DNA from: Ramazzottius varieornatus
Lineage: Eukaryota; Animalia; Tardigrada
Assembly: GCA_001949185.1 (NCBI GenBank)
Contig: BDGG01000001.1
Coordinates: 2,373,324-2,437,323, forward strand
Direction of reading: 5' to 3'
Length of the DNA stretch: 64,000 bases
The position numbers and the translations under genes are program-made. The first letter of the stretch is position 1, and every line of letters begins with the position of its first letter. The notes under the pieces are model-generated. The model was given only the letters and a program-made list of their open reading frames with translations. It made no database searches and had not been told where the DNA came from. Shown piece after piece: positions 1 through 12,700 of the stretch.

Positions 1-33
1 GCCGAACTCAAAGCCGCAGATGGTTCGAGCACT

Positions 34-1248
34 TCACACTGCTTGGTCCGTCGGAGCGAGAGTGAGCTCCCTAATGTTAACGTGAGGAGGAACCCCAACA
101 ATGTACAGCACCGCATCAGCAATATCTTGGGATGTCAGTGGTTGCACAGAATCTCTATACGCGTGGAACTGCTCCAGGTGCTTCTTCGTGTCCTCGTTTT
201 GCTGGTCGCTGGCGGCCTTCCTGACATCAGCAAATTCAGTGTCCACAATACCTGGGCTCAAGCTCTAACACAGGGAAGAACGAAAAGCTCTGTACTTCGC
301 GAAGTGCGAACCATGCGTTATAGATAACAACAATTCAAAACTTCTTTCGCGTCCGTACTTACGGTCACACGAATCTTGCTCTTCCGCTGCCTAAGCTCAG
401 AATTCAAGGCTTTGGTTAGAGCTGTAACCATGTGCTTCGTTCCCGTGTAAAAGTGCGAGACCGGCGACGATCCGACGCTATGTCCCGCAGTACTGGAAAG
501 CAAAGCTGTTCGTCGTTTCTCATATTTAAGACAACACGGACCGTTATTATTCCATTTTCTTCTTTCAATTAGCTACCTGTTCAGATTAATCACGTGTCCA
601 TCGTCAACTCCGGCGTTTCTCATCAGCCGAAGAGCCTCGCGAGTGCAGATGGACAGTGCCATAATGTTAACCTGTCTAACAAACAAACAGTTGACTAGCC
701 TGACCACAGTTAGCATTTTCCATTTCCGGTTCTTCGATGTTATAGTTTGAGATCATTTTCAAGACTATAGTCTTTCCCACACCTCGTATACTGATATGGT
801 ACCATAAATAGATCTTACGTCCAGCATCTGCTTCCACTTGTCTGTTCTTCCCGTAATCAGATCATCTGCGTGACCAAGACCAGCGTTATTCACCTGAGAA
901 ACCGCACATCTGATTAGTAGTTGTCCAAGCGATCTCCACTTCCGGTTTGATATACGGTATTACAGTGTATTACGCCGTTACCAAAATGTCTACATGCTTG
1001 AACTTCACTTCGATCTCCTCAAACATCGCCAAGATCTCTTCCTCTTTGTAAAAGTCACACTTCAGCGCCGTCATACTTCCAGCTCCGGACGTTCCCTTCA
1101 TTGATGCAGCCAACTGTTGGACCTTCTCGCTTCTTCGGGCGCATCCGATGACGTTCATCCCACTTCGGCACAGCGTCTGCGCAATGGCGTATCCGATGCC
1201 CGCGGAAGCTCCGGTGACCAAAACAGTGCGGCCTCTCCAACGCTCCAT
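34..1248 (-). CDS. DHRS11: Short-chain dehydrogenase/reductase, DHRS11-like (about 5 exons)
   Basis: MERWRGRTVLVTGASAGIGYAIA (TGxxxGxG). The NNAG motif spans an intron. Catalytic YxxxK in HFYTGTKH. C-terminal SPGIVDTEF...DIADAVLY...PPHVNIREL is typical of DHRS11. Confidence 0.85.
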
Positions 1249-2345
1249 GTTAGCGTGTTGTCCGATGTCGAGTCTATTGTAGAAGCAGCCAAGCGAGAAT
1301 GACGAGGCCCGCCAAGTCAGGGAAAGCCAGCCTAAGCTGGAAGATGACTTCCGGTGAGTCTATACGAGACTGGATTGGAACGGTAGATATATGACCGTAG
1401 ATATGATATGACATGACGTTATATATGATAAAACTTAGATCATACTGTTATATGTTTAGGGCGTTGTACGGGTGGGACCAGATCGACCAGATTTTGCTTC
1501 CTACACTCATGGTAACTTGAGCTCTGGAATATTTTCTACTTCAGTACAACACGACATGTCATTTCGATCCGGAAGTTACCCACTTTACCTACTCGGACAA
1601 AAATACTGTGTGTAATTTACGTCTGTTTTCCAGGTCGAGAGCTCGGTGGAAGAACTTTCGGTGTGAGTCAACAACTGCAGTATTCCATAAAACTGCTGGA
1701 GGAAATGTCAGATAGTTCCATGCTCTGGGATTGTGCACCAGTCAACATGAGCATGAAATACGCAGGAACCGCATAACAATTAGAAGGTCGAGCTTCGGAT
1801 CAAGCGGAAGTGCGTGGGACATGCTGCACAGCTTCAAGTCTTATCTCTCCATACCAGGCTGCGTTTCCCGGCGTAAGTACTTAACCGAACCACAGGTCCA
1901 CATGTAAGTACTGTAACACATGCTGTAACAATCGTACATGGGTCTACATTCCCTCTTTCATCCTCGTACTTGTTTGCTACAGGAAGATGGAGATCCTCAA
2001 CCGCCGGCGTAGCCATTTAATCTGCATGCCCGCTGGATAAAGGATAATCTTGGCCATAATGGAGACTCATCCCGCCGTGGAATATGTCTGTGCGTTAGAC
2101 GCGATTTTAACGCTGTCGAACAAGGGTTTTCTTTCCTAAATATAGAACCGATGTTCATGTTATCACGTCGATGTTATCTGCTCGACTACTTTCAGGATCC
2201 TAGGCAAACTCTCTCTCTGGATTTTACAGTTGGCTTCGAATTCATCTCCACATAATTCAGGCGAAGCCTGATGTGAGTTCGTTCTGTTTTCGGCATTTAT
2301 GCTGGTCGTGGAAACCGTGAAGTGAAGAGGCACTTTGCATTTGGG

Positions 2346-5300
2346 ATGGGCACTGGTGCTATTGTTGGTGCGGCTGTTGGATGCGGATGTGCATTGGCTT
2401 GTGTGCTGGTCTTCATCATTATTCGCCACCGGTCAAAGCGAAAACAGGTAAGTTAGAATATCTTTCGGTTTGCCGTACTTGTACACATATACCGCAACTG
2501 CGATGGTAACAGTCAGTATTACCGAACTGCGTCTTCCACTGTAATAGCCAGTTTTCAGTAGCAAGCTTGTATTAAGTTGCTTTTGGACTAATCGCTGTAA
2601 TATCCTACGTTCAGTAAGTTGAAATTTATAGGTTGTAGTTTTAGGAATTTAGAATACATAATGTGGTTTCCGCCCTTCGTCTAGATTATGCAACCTACGG
2701 CGCCCCATAGCTTTGATATTTGGATTCGATAAGAAATCAGATATTTAATTGATATTATTGATATTTTCCAGAATGAGAATGATGCGCGTCCACGAGTGGG
2801 CAGATCGCCCACGACGACCTCATCGTCAGCGTGGGGTGTCACAGGGCAAACCCTAGCCACATCCGTTTCGAAAACAGGTCTCCTGTTGCCTCGAGGTTCT
2901 CCCATTCAACCTGATGCTCCCAGTTTCAGCGGTGTCAGCTGCGAGTCGCCCTATCCCTGTCGTAAGTCCTGTTGATCTCTCTCATTATGTAGGTTAACCA
3001 TGAGGTCCACAACGTTGCATAATGTCACACCCTCTGGGATACCTCGTCAGCCCATCTGGGCTCCATTCAAACTGAAGTTAAAAACGAGCACTCATGTATT
3101 TTGGACCAGCTTGTGCGGCTAACTGTAACTGTTTCATATAAAGGAGGATCACCAGAACATTTTCTATCTGTGAGCTGGGCAAACAGAACGAAATAGATCG
3201 TTATCCTGGCGCAAATTTCCAGCCCGTCACGGTGAACTCGTGCGCCTCGTACGATAACTACATAGTGCCTTGCACATTTTGTTTGCCCAGTTCTCATCTG
3301 TTTACGATTGAGCACGTTGTGCTAGTATCTTCCATATCCAGCTAAAGTAAAGGATAAAATTCAAAATTAGTTCATCTGAATTTGCTGACAAAAGATCCTC
3401 GGTGTAATTAAGTGAAAGGAGATTCAGCCACACGCCTAATGAAGAAGGAATGAGATTCCGCCTTCCCTCCTTTTGTCGTGTGACGGAGACCCGACAAGTG
3501 TTGGGGAATAACAGAGTCTAGAGAGAGCTTAAAAGTAATCAATGGTCCTTACCGACGAGGGCTGCATCTAAATGTGGACGCCTTGTTAAAGTACTGACGC
3601 AGATAGTCGTCAACATCGGGAACACAACCCAATAAATCCTTTATTGTGCCGTGTGGAGGGGTAATCATATGGCTGCAGGTCAATATGGTGAGCTGGATCA
3701 ATGTAGGTTTCTGTGATCTATCCTTCTGCTTTACAAACACTCCTGAGTAATGCGCGTCAAATGAGTCGAATTAATGAGCGAGTGATTTTTCAAGATTGGA
3801 AACGTTATAGATTTCTTAATCACTAGTTGTTTTTTGGATCGAAAATCGTCGTGAGAGATCCATATGGCTTTTTTTGCCTGTTGCTTATCTTATCGTTCTG
3901 TTGTAGAGCGCTTGTTTCCCTTCGACTATGAGCGAAAGCTGTCAAGCTATTCCAGCTGCACCGGATATTCAGCATACTCCAGTGACACTTGCAAGACTAA
4001 CGATTCCTCAGCGAGCTCTCCGCAGATCCGAATATCCCTTCAGTATCGGCTGTACTACGACCTCGACAACGGGGACCTGATACTGCATGTCCTACAAGGT
4101 AAATGCAACACCATGAACAAACTATCCAAAGAGAAGGATACAAAATTTAGTAGAAAAAGGCCAAATTAAACTTCTGAACGCTTCGTGGTCACGTTTCCGT
4201 ATGAAGATCGGAGCATATGCGTGTAACTATAGTCGAGAGTGGTGAGCAGCTGCGTCTATCTCGTGAATAACATTTTTGTCTGTATTCGTAGCTCATTTTA
4301 CTCCAGTGTGGCAGGCTGGTATTGACGGGTTGACACAGTCGTCTCCCGAACGACAGAAACCTCTACCATATCGGGATACCTACGTAACCTTCACCCTGCG
4401 GGCACCGGGAAGAGAGCGACGCTGTGGACAAACCAAGATTTCCCATACGGACAATTCGCAAACCGTGAACTATGACGAAGTGTTCGCTTTACCGGTCAAC
4501 CATGAGGCCCTTTTGGTGAGCCAGACGCGCGTTTGTGAAGGTCATGCAGTCAATTTCATCTTTGACCTGGGTCCCCCTGCGGTGATTAGGTCGTTAAATA
4601 TGGACGCACGAGATAGGCAATTTGCATGGATTGAACATCACCTCCATGAAACCCATCGTACCACTAACGATCTTTGGTCTTTTCCCCCAGGAACAACGGC
4701 TTCATTTTGACATCTTTTGTTACAACAGCTATTCCAGACCACAGATACTGGGTAGTGCCGATACGTTGGTCGATACGGACGTCTTGGACGGTACCGAACG
4801 CTGGATTGACTTGGCGACCAAGTCGGCCTCACCGACTTCCGAGAACCTGAGAGAAATAAATGACGGATCAGCGCGCTCGGAAATCCTAATTTTTCTGAGC
4901 TTTCACATCGCACGAGAAGAGCTAACCGTCGACATTCTAAAGGCTAAAAATGTCACTGGGTTGTTTCCAGTGCGGTCCCAATCGGAAACAAGTACGTTAT
5001 ACCCTTTCTAAGCAGAATGGCTCCCCAACACGAAATTTGGCTAATTCCCTAGATCAGGAAATTGATGTCAGACAAATTTTTACCAGACTTTGATTTTCCA
5101 AAAAACTTTGCATATGAGCACAGAGTATTACTAAAATTGTGTTTCCTGTTTGAGAAGAATTTTTCTGAAAGAAACATAACGGTAATTTTGCGAACGCACG
5201 ATGATTAGATTTTATTCGGACTTTATCTCGATTTTCTTTGAAGGTACGGAAGTCTACGTCAAGACCTGCTTAATAATTAATGAGCAGAAGATCAAGAGGA

Positions 5301-5620
5301 GGACGAACGCTCAATATCTTCACCGGGCCACCAACGCGACAGCAGTATGGAACGAGTCATTATCGTATCCGGTGAAGTATGCACAACTGGAACAGTGCGT
5401 GTTGCTCCTGTACGTTGTGGAGCATCGCAAGGACACCCAACGAGAGAAGACGGTGGGAAAATGCGTGATAGGACCCTTCGGGGGTGCCAGTACCGACGGA
5501 TATTTGCAATGGCAACAACAAGGGAGTGCCTCGGTCATTAGAAGTAATGCCATGTGGCACACGGTAGTCCGTTACAGTACGGATAAAAAAGCACAGAAGG
5601 AAAAGTTAGATTCTGAATGA
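2346..5620 (+). CDS. Synaptotagmin-like protein: N-terminal TM anchor, linker, tandem C2A/C2B
   Basis: Exon 1 (2346-2447) reads MGTGAIVGAAVGCGCALACVLVFIIIRHRSKRKQ then GTAAG. Phase-compatible exons follow at ~2772, ~3907, ~4314, ~4691 and ~5244. C2 strands: LQYRLYYDLDNGDLILHVLQ, DTYVTFTL, YDEVFALPV, EILIFLSFHIAREELTVDILKAKNV, EVYVKTCL, AVWNESLSYPV. Confidence 0.75.
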
Positions 5621-6968
5621 CCTTTTGCGGATGTAGATTTACTCTTCCTGTTAAGCCGCTAATTCATGTTTCTCTTTCGTTTTTGTTCTTTCTATCCTTA
5701 TAAGCCTATTAAGTTAGGTCGAAGCGCCTAGTATATTCATTCTTTCGGAGTACCAACTTGGCTTTTAAATTTCTTTCGGGAAATATACCGCTGTAGGAAG
5801 ATTAACTTGTGAATTAAGCGGTTAGTACTATGTAGATCTAAATGCTGAGTAAGCGTTTCTATACCTCCACCAGGAGATCCACTTAATGACGCAAGTGCCA
5901 CTCTTAGAATGTTGAGCAAGGTGCTTTTGAAATTGTTACCGGTAGACCATTGTTGGATCCTCATTGTCTGCCGCTGACTCGAGGAACCGCTGCATAAATT
6001 GTTGATTATTACAGGTCAGCCAGACTCTTACGTGGAAGCACAAATAGATTTATGTAAGCATTTCCGCCAGATCGGCCCTCCAACTCAAAAGGCTACACTA
6101 CCACACTCAAACTTGAGACGCCAACTCGCATATGTCATAATCTAATTACGGCTTCTGTCGGAATGCGAAACAAAAGTTAGCAAAACCGAAGAACCCTATC
6201 GAAACCCCGAAATCTAGAAGAAGAGCCATACCCATCAAAGTGAAAATCAGCGAAGCAATGTCCTTTGTCCGAAGTGGCGGAACACAGAAGGTACATGCTA
6301 GGCACCCGTGCGCCACCTGTCAACTCCGACCTTCACACGTGCGCAGCTCATGCGGGGCAGCATGTCAAGCGATTAGGCTGACCAACCTACAAAATAACAC
6401 GTTATGGTAAGTGGTACAAGACGGCTTCATTCGGGTTGTTCGTTTGCTCGTAGTAAGTCTTTGCCCGGCTTGGCCTGCCATCCACTTGGAAGAGCTAGTG
6501 TGTACACATTGGACAACCTCGATTACTGTATCTGGAGGCTCGATAGACAGACGCCACTTTGGCTAAGTCTTAATGGCGACACGCAGCTCAGTCTCGTAAT
6601 CAAAAGTTTCTTACGTTCCTACCTCTTGTTCTTACGGTACCTTGGTATAGTTAGTTGACGGAAAGCCCGCTTGGCAGTCTTACGCCAGTCATCGGAGCTG
6701 CTGGCAGCTGCATGCTCGAAGGTGAAAGTCCGAACGGATAACCTAACACTAAACTGTCTCCAAGTAATTATTTGGTGCCAGTTTGAGGCGCACCTTCATC
6801 CGTCAAAATCTTTTCTCTTTGGGTCGTAGGTTGTTTTCGGGAATTGTCCACCAGAATCCGATGTGTGATCAGGACCCGACGACCCCATCTCTCAACGGGA
6901 ACCGTCGTAGACGGCCTTGCCAGCTAAAGATCCCATAACCTCCGGATCCATCTATTCCAACCGTGGCG

Positions 6969-7878
6969 ATGGCATCTTCTGTGGCTTCACCAAGACGCTC
7001 CACAGCCTGGTACGATCATCTACCCTTCACAACCGACCAATCTTTGACATTGGCGGACAAGGTTGTGTTCGTGATGGGACTTTTACAAAAGGATTCGAAG
7101 ATTTGTTGTTGTGGAGAATGCAAGCGGACGGGGGTGTGTAGATTGTCGGATTCACTTCGCGACAGCATCCTTCGCGAGTTCGACCGCTCCATCACCTGCG
7201 ATCGGCTGGAACGTCTAGGTACCTACGCACTGGACTTTGGAGACTTGAAGATCCAGAAAATGGGAGACAACTCGGTCTACGTTCGAACCGTGGTGAGCCA
7301 AAATTAAATCCTGTTTCTCGATCAATCAACGACTTCGATCAATCATTCACCACGCTGCGTTTTGTTAATTGGCTTTGCTGAGCTCCGTTCCGCTTATGTA
7401 TTGTTGTGTTCAGTTGATTGTTGTTCCGTGTTCGGCTTGATTGAATGCTCCGCATTTCGATCAAGACTTCCATTTCCTGCTTGGTTGTAGGTTCCTCCTT
7501 GGCTTCGTGCCACTTCCGCAAGTTAAATTTGTCTGTCCCGTACCACGTCATGAAATGGATAGTGTTACGCAGCGCGACATTCTTTCGGCTTGCGCGCACG
7601 TGTACGGCTATAGACCTTGAAACGCTGCGATAACGCGTACAATTAGGCTGGCAAGCGCCAAGTCGGTGGCTGACTAAATGGCTTTGTTTGATGGTTTGCA
7701 GATGGTGCGTGGAGAGCAGTACTCTGTGATATACAAGCTCATCCATGCCGATAAGACCATCCAGTCGCTGGATGTCGGCAGTCTTCCAGGAGCGTGCAGC
7801 TCAAACATGACTCGTCTCGCCGCCGTGGACCATCGGCAGCAGCAACGTCAGCTGGTTCGTCAGCAGTCCCACGAATGA
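6969..7878 (+). CDS. Hypothetical small protein with Cys cluster (probably 2 exons)
   Basis: ORF MASSVASPRR...KICCCGECKRTGVC...GDNSVY. A downstream exon after tttgcag at ~7702 reads MVRGEQYSVIYKLIHADKT...SHE*. No family recognised. Confidence 0.4.
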
Positions 7879-9797
7879 CGATCTCGGCGTAAAGAGACCA
7901 AACCACCAAAATGCTCATAAGTTAAAAATGGCTACGGGTGCCATTTTCATTTTTTCAAATTTCTTGGTTCAGTTTTCCTTACGTTCAGTCCTTTTGTATC
8001 CAGCCGAATCAGCCACGTGGACCAAGTTTTCTGACGTACAAAAAATTATAATCCTTGTGCTCTCCTTTTGTGGACCTTAAAATACAAATATCTTTGTCGT
8101 ACCGCAGACTGGAAGCATCTGATATGCTTTATGGATGGTTGTTTCCTGGTACTTGTACGTGTACTCTGTTTACGTAGGCTTCTTCAGGGAGCTGTTGGTG
8201 AGAAGGAAGGAAAGAATTGAAAAGATCAAAATATCCTGGTCATAATGGAAGTTTCTGTCCAGAATAGTCTGATGGGGTCCTTAACTCGAACTGAATGAAA
8301 AAATTTCCTCAGTGCGGGACTGGCGGAAAGCGAGGCACAGATGCTCCGTAGCCCTTGTGGCCTTCGGTGAGTGCGCCCCGTCAGTTAGACCGGGAACACT
8401 TACAAATGTATGGCAGCATAGCTCTGCGGTCTGGGTATGCCGCCTTCCATCTTAGCCTCTAGGTAGACTGTTTCACTTCGGGACAAACCAGATTTGTGGA
8501 CTAGTTCAACAGGAAATTGGGGCAACGATCACGATACGGGTGCGGTCGTTCTTGTTTCATGCGGCGTGATGATTGATGCGTGTATGTACTTCCGAGTCGG
8601 GATTTCTTGGAAGTCTTGTGACTTCCATCGGGCGTGAGCTTGCCTCGAGGCGGATCTGGTTGTGAGGATGATAACGGGCGAGATCGCAAGATGGGATCCG
8701 GAGACGCCCATCTGCATACGTGAGGATGAAAGTACAGTAGTCCAGCAATGCAGCAACAGCCGAAAGCGGCGCACTTTGTTGTATTATTTGTCTCTAATAA
8801 TGCCCTCTTTTTTTCTGCAGACTATGGCGGTCCTGATCGTTCAACTACACAGTTTGAAGTGGTTGAAAATGACCTGGTTGAATTTAGCGGGAAGTGAAGG
8901 ACCTCGAAAGATAAAGACGCAGTAAAGCTTGGGAAATTGTGTGAAGTGATTTACGGCAAATAGGTTTCATGTGGCTTCCCTGCCTGATGTCCGCTTCCTC
9001 CCGACCAAACAAGTAAACCCGATTTTCTCAAGTACGTACTAAGCTCTCTTCCTCGCCGTTCAAGGCTTCTTTTCGATGTATCCGTCCACCACACTTTACT
9101 GCGTCTTTTTTCCACAGATGGGTTCGTTGTGCAATGTGCAATCTGGGACGCCGATAACCCACTGACATTGGGCTTTTATGAGCATCCAGCGCCAGTAATT
9201 TCCCTTGTTTCTTGTCCCTCCACCACAGCAATCGTTTTGTCGTTTAGCCGTTCTGCCGTTTATTGCCTTCAAGTATGCGTAATTGCCGACAGGAACAGAC
9301 TAACTTAGCTGCCACCAGAATAATGGCGATGGAAAGGCTGCTGGGTCGACGTGCCATCTCGCAGACTATCCGGAATCAACTGATTGGTATGTGAGGGACG
9401 CAAGTTGATAAGACTCATGACTGGCTGGAATTTTCGAACTCTTTCCGGACGAGCTTATCAGTGTTTAAAAGTTGAGCACAATTTAGAGTCATTTTATACA
9501 GAGGACTAGTATCGGGGAATTTGAACGCAGCAGTGTGATGACAAGAGCAAGAAGGTCAACCTCATTGTGAGCTTTATCTTTCGCCGTCTGGACGTTCATC
9601 GATTACAGAGGAAACGAAACGAGTTCGCAAGACGATATTATGTCATCGTATCTGCAAATTTAATGGGCCGTACCGGAGTACCTCTTCTGTGGTTCCACCT
9701 GGAACTGTGAAGTCGACCAGCATTCTTCTTCGCTCGTGGTCAGTGTTGTCAACTCCTCCGCATCTTCAAAGCGAGTACCAGTCTAGGTCCTTCAGGA

Positions 9798-12700
9798 TGA
9801 TTTTTCGGATCCTCCTCGGTAAGGTATTATTTGGAGCTAAAGCACGTTCTGAAAGATTGGTAATATTTTGCTTATCACATCCGAAATTCGAACGGATATT
9901 TATCCAAAATATGTATTGTAAAATGCGTTTTTACAGGGAGCTTCTTGGTGTTTGCGTTGTCGCTGGTCCATGCTGAAAGAGCTTTACCGCAAGGCATTCG
10001 AAGTCCCGCCAAGGTACAGTTTTTGCTCACAGTATTATGCATGTTTTGTATTAGGCCTGGATTTTGGTTATGCACTGTATGCTGACCGTGCGTAATTTTT
10101 GCCATAGAGAGAAGTAAGGGCAACAGCTCAGGACTTCTTTGATTATATTCACAAGGATTACCAGCCCAGAGCTGAGAAGCTGACTGCCGAAGATGTGGAA
10201 GCGTCTTGGAAATTCAACACCAACATCACTGCCCACAACGAACAGGAAATGGTATTTTCAAATGTCCAATTGTATTGAGTGGACTGTATGAAATATTGTC
10301 CAGTAAATTCCACAGTTATGTTCTACCATAGATCGCATCGTCAGAAAAAGTCGCAAAGTTCGACAAGGAAATAGCCACGTATATCCGTGCTAATTTCAAG
10401 GATGTGGATTTCAGCGCAAACGCCACCTTGAAACGTGTCCGAGATAAGTTGGTCCTGCTCGGGGATGCCAACTTGCCAGATGCTGAGTTCTCCGAACTTC
10501 AGACTGTCGAAGCCCGCATGAAGAACATCTACTCGACGGCAAAGGTCTGCAAGACGATTGGTGTCCATGCTGACGATGTTGAAGACAAGTGTCCCAAGGA
10601 GCACCAGTTGGAGCTGGAGCCTGGAATCACCCAGCTCATACAGAATTCGCGAGACGAACCTCTGCTCAAGCACCTGTGGAAGTCCTGGAGAGATGCCACC
10701 GGCAGGCACATGAAGCATGATTACGCCCGTTATGTCGTACTGAAGAACAAGGGCGCCCAAATGGACGGTGAGAACTCCTGCAGTACTTAGCTTGACAACT
10801 GTTATGAAGGCCATCGTCGATATTTTTACATTTGTTTTTTACATTTTTCCAGGGTATGCCGACAACGGTGCCGCGTGGCGATCCACCTACGTCGAACCAG
10901 ATCTCGAGTATCTGGACCAGAACTTCATCGATGAGGCCGAAGGCATTTGGCAGCAGCTGAAGCCTCTGTACGAACAGTTACATGCTTATGTGCGACATAG
11001 CCTTCAAACGCAGTATCCCACTGTGCGAGGACTCAGGAACCCCAAGGGTCCCATTCCGGCACATCTACTGGGCAACATGTAAGCATATTATACTTTTTTA
11101 CTCGGTTAAGATTTTGTTAGTGTTTGGAATACACACGTGTTTCATGGATCGTCCCTGTTTCATCAACCAGGTGGGCGCAACAGTGGTCCAACCTTCAGGA
11201 CTTCTCGCGGCCTCATCCTGACAAGCCATCTTTGGACGTCACACCAGCTATGGTGGAGAAAAACTACACAGCTAACGGGATGTTTCACATGTCGGACGAT
11301 TTCTTCGCTAGTCTCGGACTTATTCGGATGCCTGGAAAGTTCTGGGATCATTCCATGCTTTCCAAACCGGATCCGAAAGAGCGGCTGGTTGTCTGCCATG
11401 CTTCGGCATGGGACTTTTACAACCGAGAAGACTTCCGGTAGGTTCCTACAGCTAAAGACCCTTTGCGCGGTGTGTTAGTTGTGGTACGCTACCCAAATAT
11501 TCTTCTCTACAGTATCAAACAGTGCACGGACATCAGAATGAAGGACTTTATCACCGTTCACCAGTGAGTTTTCCGTATTTAGTTTCTTTGAATTGAAACG
11601 GCAGAACTGTCCAAACCAGACGTTTCTTCCCCAGTGAGATGGGACATGTGGAGTACTACCTGCAGGTAGGTGCGCCAGGATTTCATAGCTTTACCTTTGA
11701 ATCTGATTGCAAGTTCTTGCATTCGATATAGTACAAGGATCTGGAGATACCTTTCCGCCGAGGAGCAAACGATGGATTCCATGAAGCTGGTACGTCCCGG
11801 TCGTCTTCGGACCTTGGTTAGCGCAGTACAGAGACGACGCACGTTCTTTATGCTCCATATCAAATTCACAGTTGGAGATACACTGGCTTTGAGCGTACAA
11901 ACGCCCTCTCATTTGAAGTCGTTGGGTCTCTTGGCTGATAGTTTCAACATCAATGATTCTGGTGAGTTTCAAAGGCCTTTGCTCCCTCCGGATCTTCCGG
12001 AACAGTCGATTTACTGCTGTCTAGTAGCCGCACAAACCTTTAGTAAAACTGATATCTATTATAGACTTGGAGGAAAATTCTCTGTACTCTATGGCTTTGG
12101 AAAAGATTGCCTTTCTTCCATTCGGATATTTGATGGATAAGTATCGATACGACATTTTCAACGGGAAGATAAAACCAGAAAACTATAATTCCAAATGGTG
12201 GGAATACTTGTAAGTATGGTGCGCACATTAATCGACTGACATTGGCCAGAACGGCACCTCTTGATATTTCACCTGTGTTTTTGCAGAGCCGAGTATCAAG
12301 GTATATGTGCCCCTGTTCCGCGAAGCGAAGACGACTTCGATGCCGGTGCAAAGTTCCACGTACCTTCCAGCGTCCCTTACATGCGGTACTTCGAGTCCTT
12401 GCAAACTTTATTAAGGTTAAGTAAGCCCTACAATGCACCTCGTGTTACAGATACTTTGTGAGCTTCATCATTCAGTTCCAGTTTCACGAAGCCATGTGTA
12501 AGGAAGCCGGCTACACAGGGCCTCTACATCGATGCGATATATCCGATCCTAGCTTGGGAGAAGGCGGTAAACGAGCGGGTGCTCTCTTAGCGTAAGTCGA
12601 AGCGTCGTGCTGTAAAATATGTAATCATGATATTGGTTGTTCATATTGGTCCGGTTATATCGCAGGAAAACGCTGAAGATGGGATCGTCTCAGCCGTGGC

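Noticed and set aside
1385-1432. ATATG/ATGAC-rich degenerate repeats upstream of DHRS11
   Set aside because: Short low-complexity tract with no consistent unit or termini.
8501-8925. Overlapping short ORFs upstream of ACE
   Set aside because: No recognisable domain or coherent exon chain; possibly UTR or non-coding.
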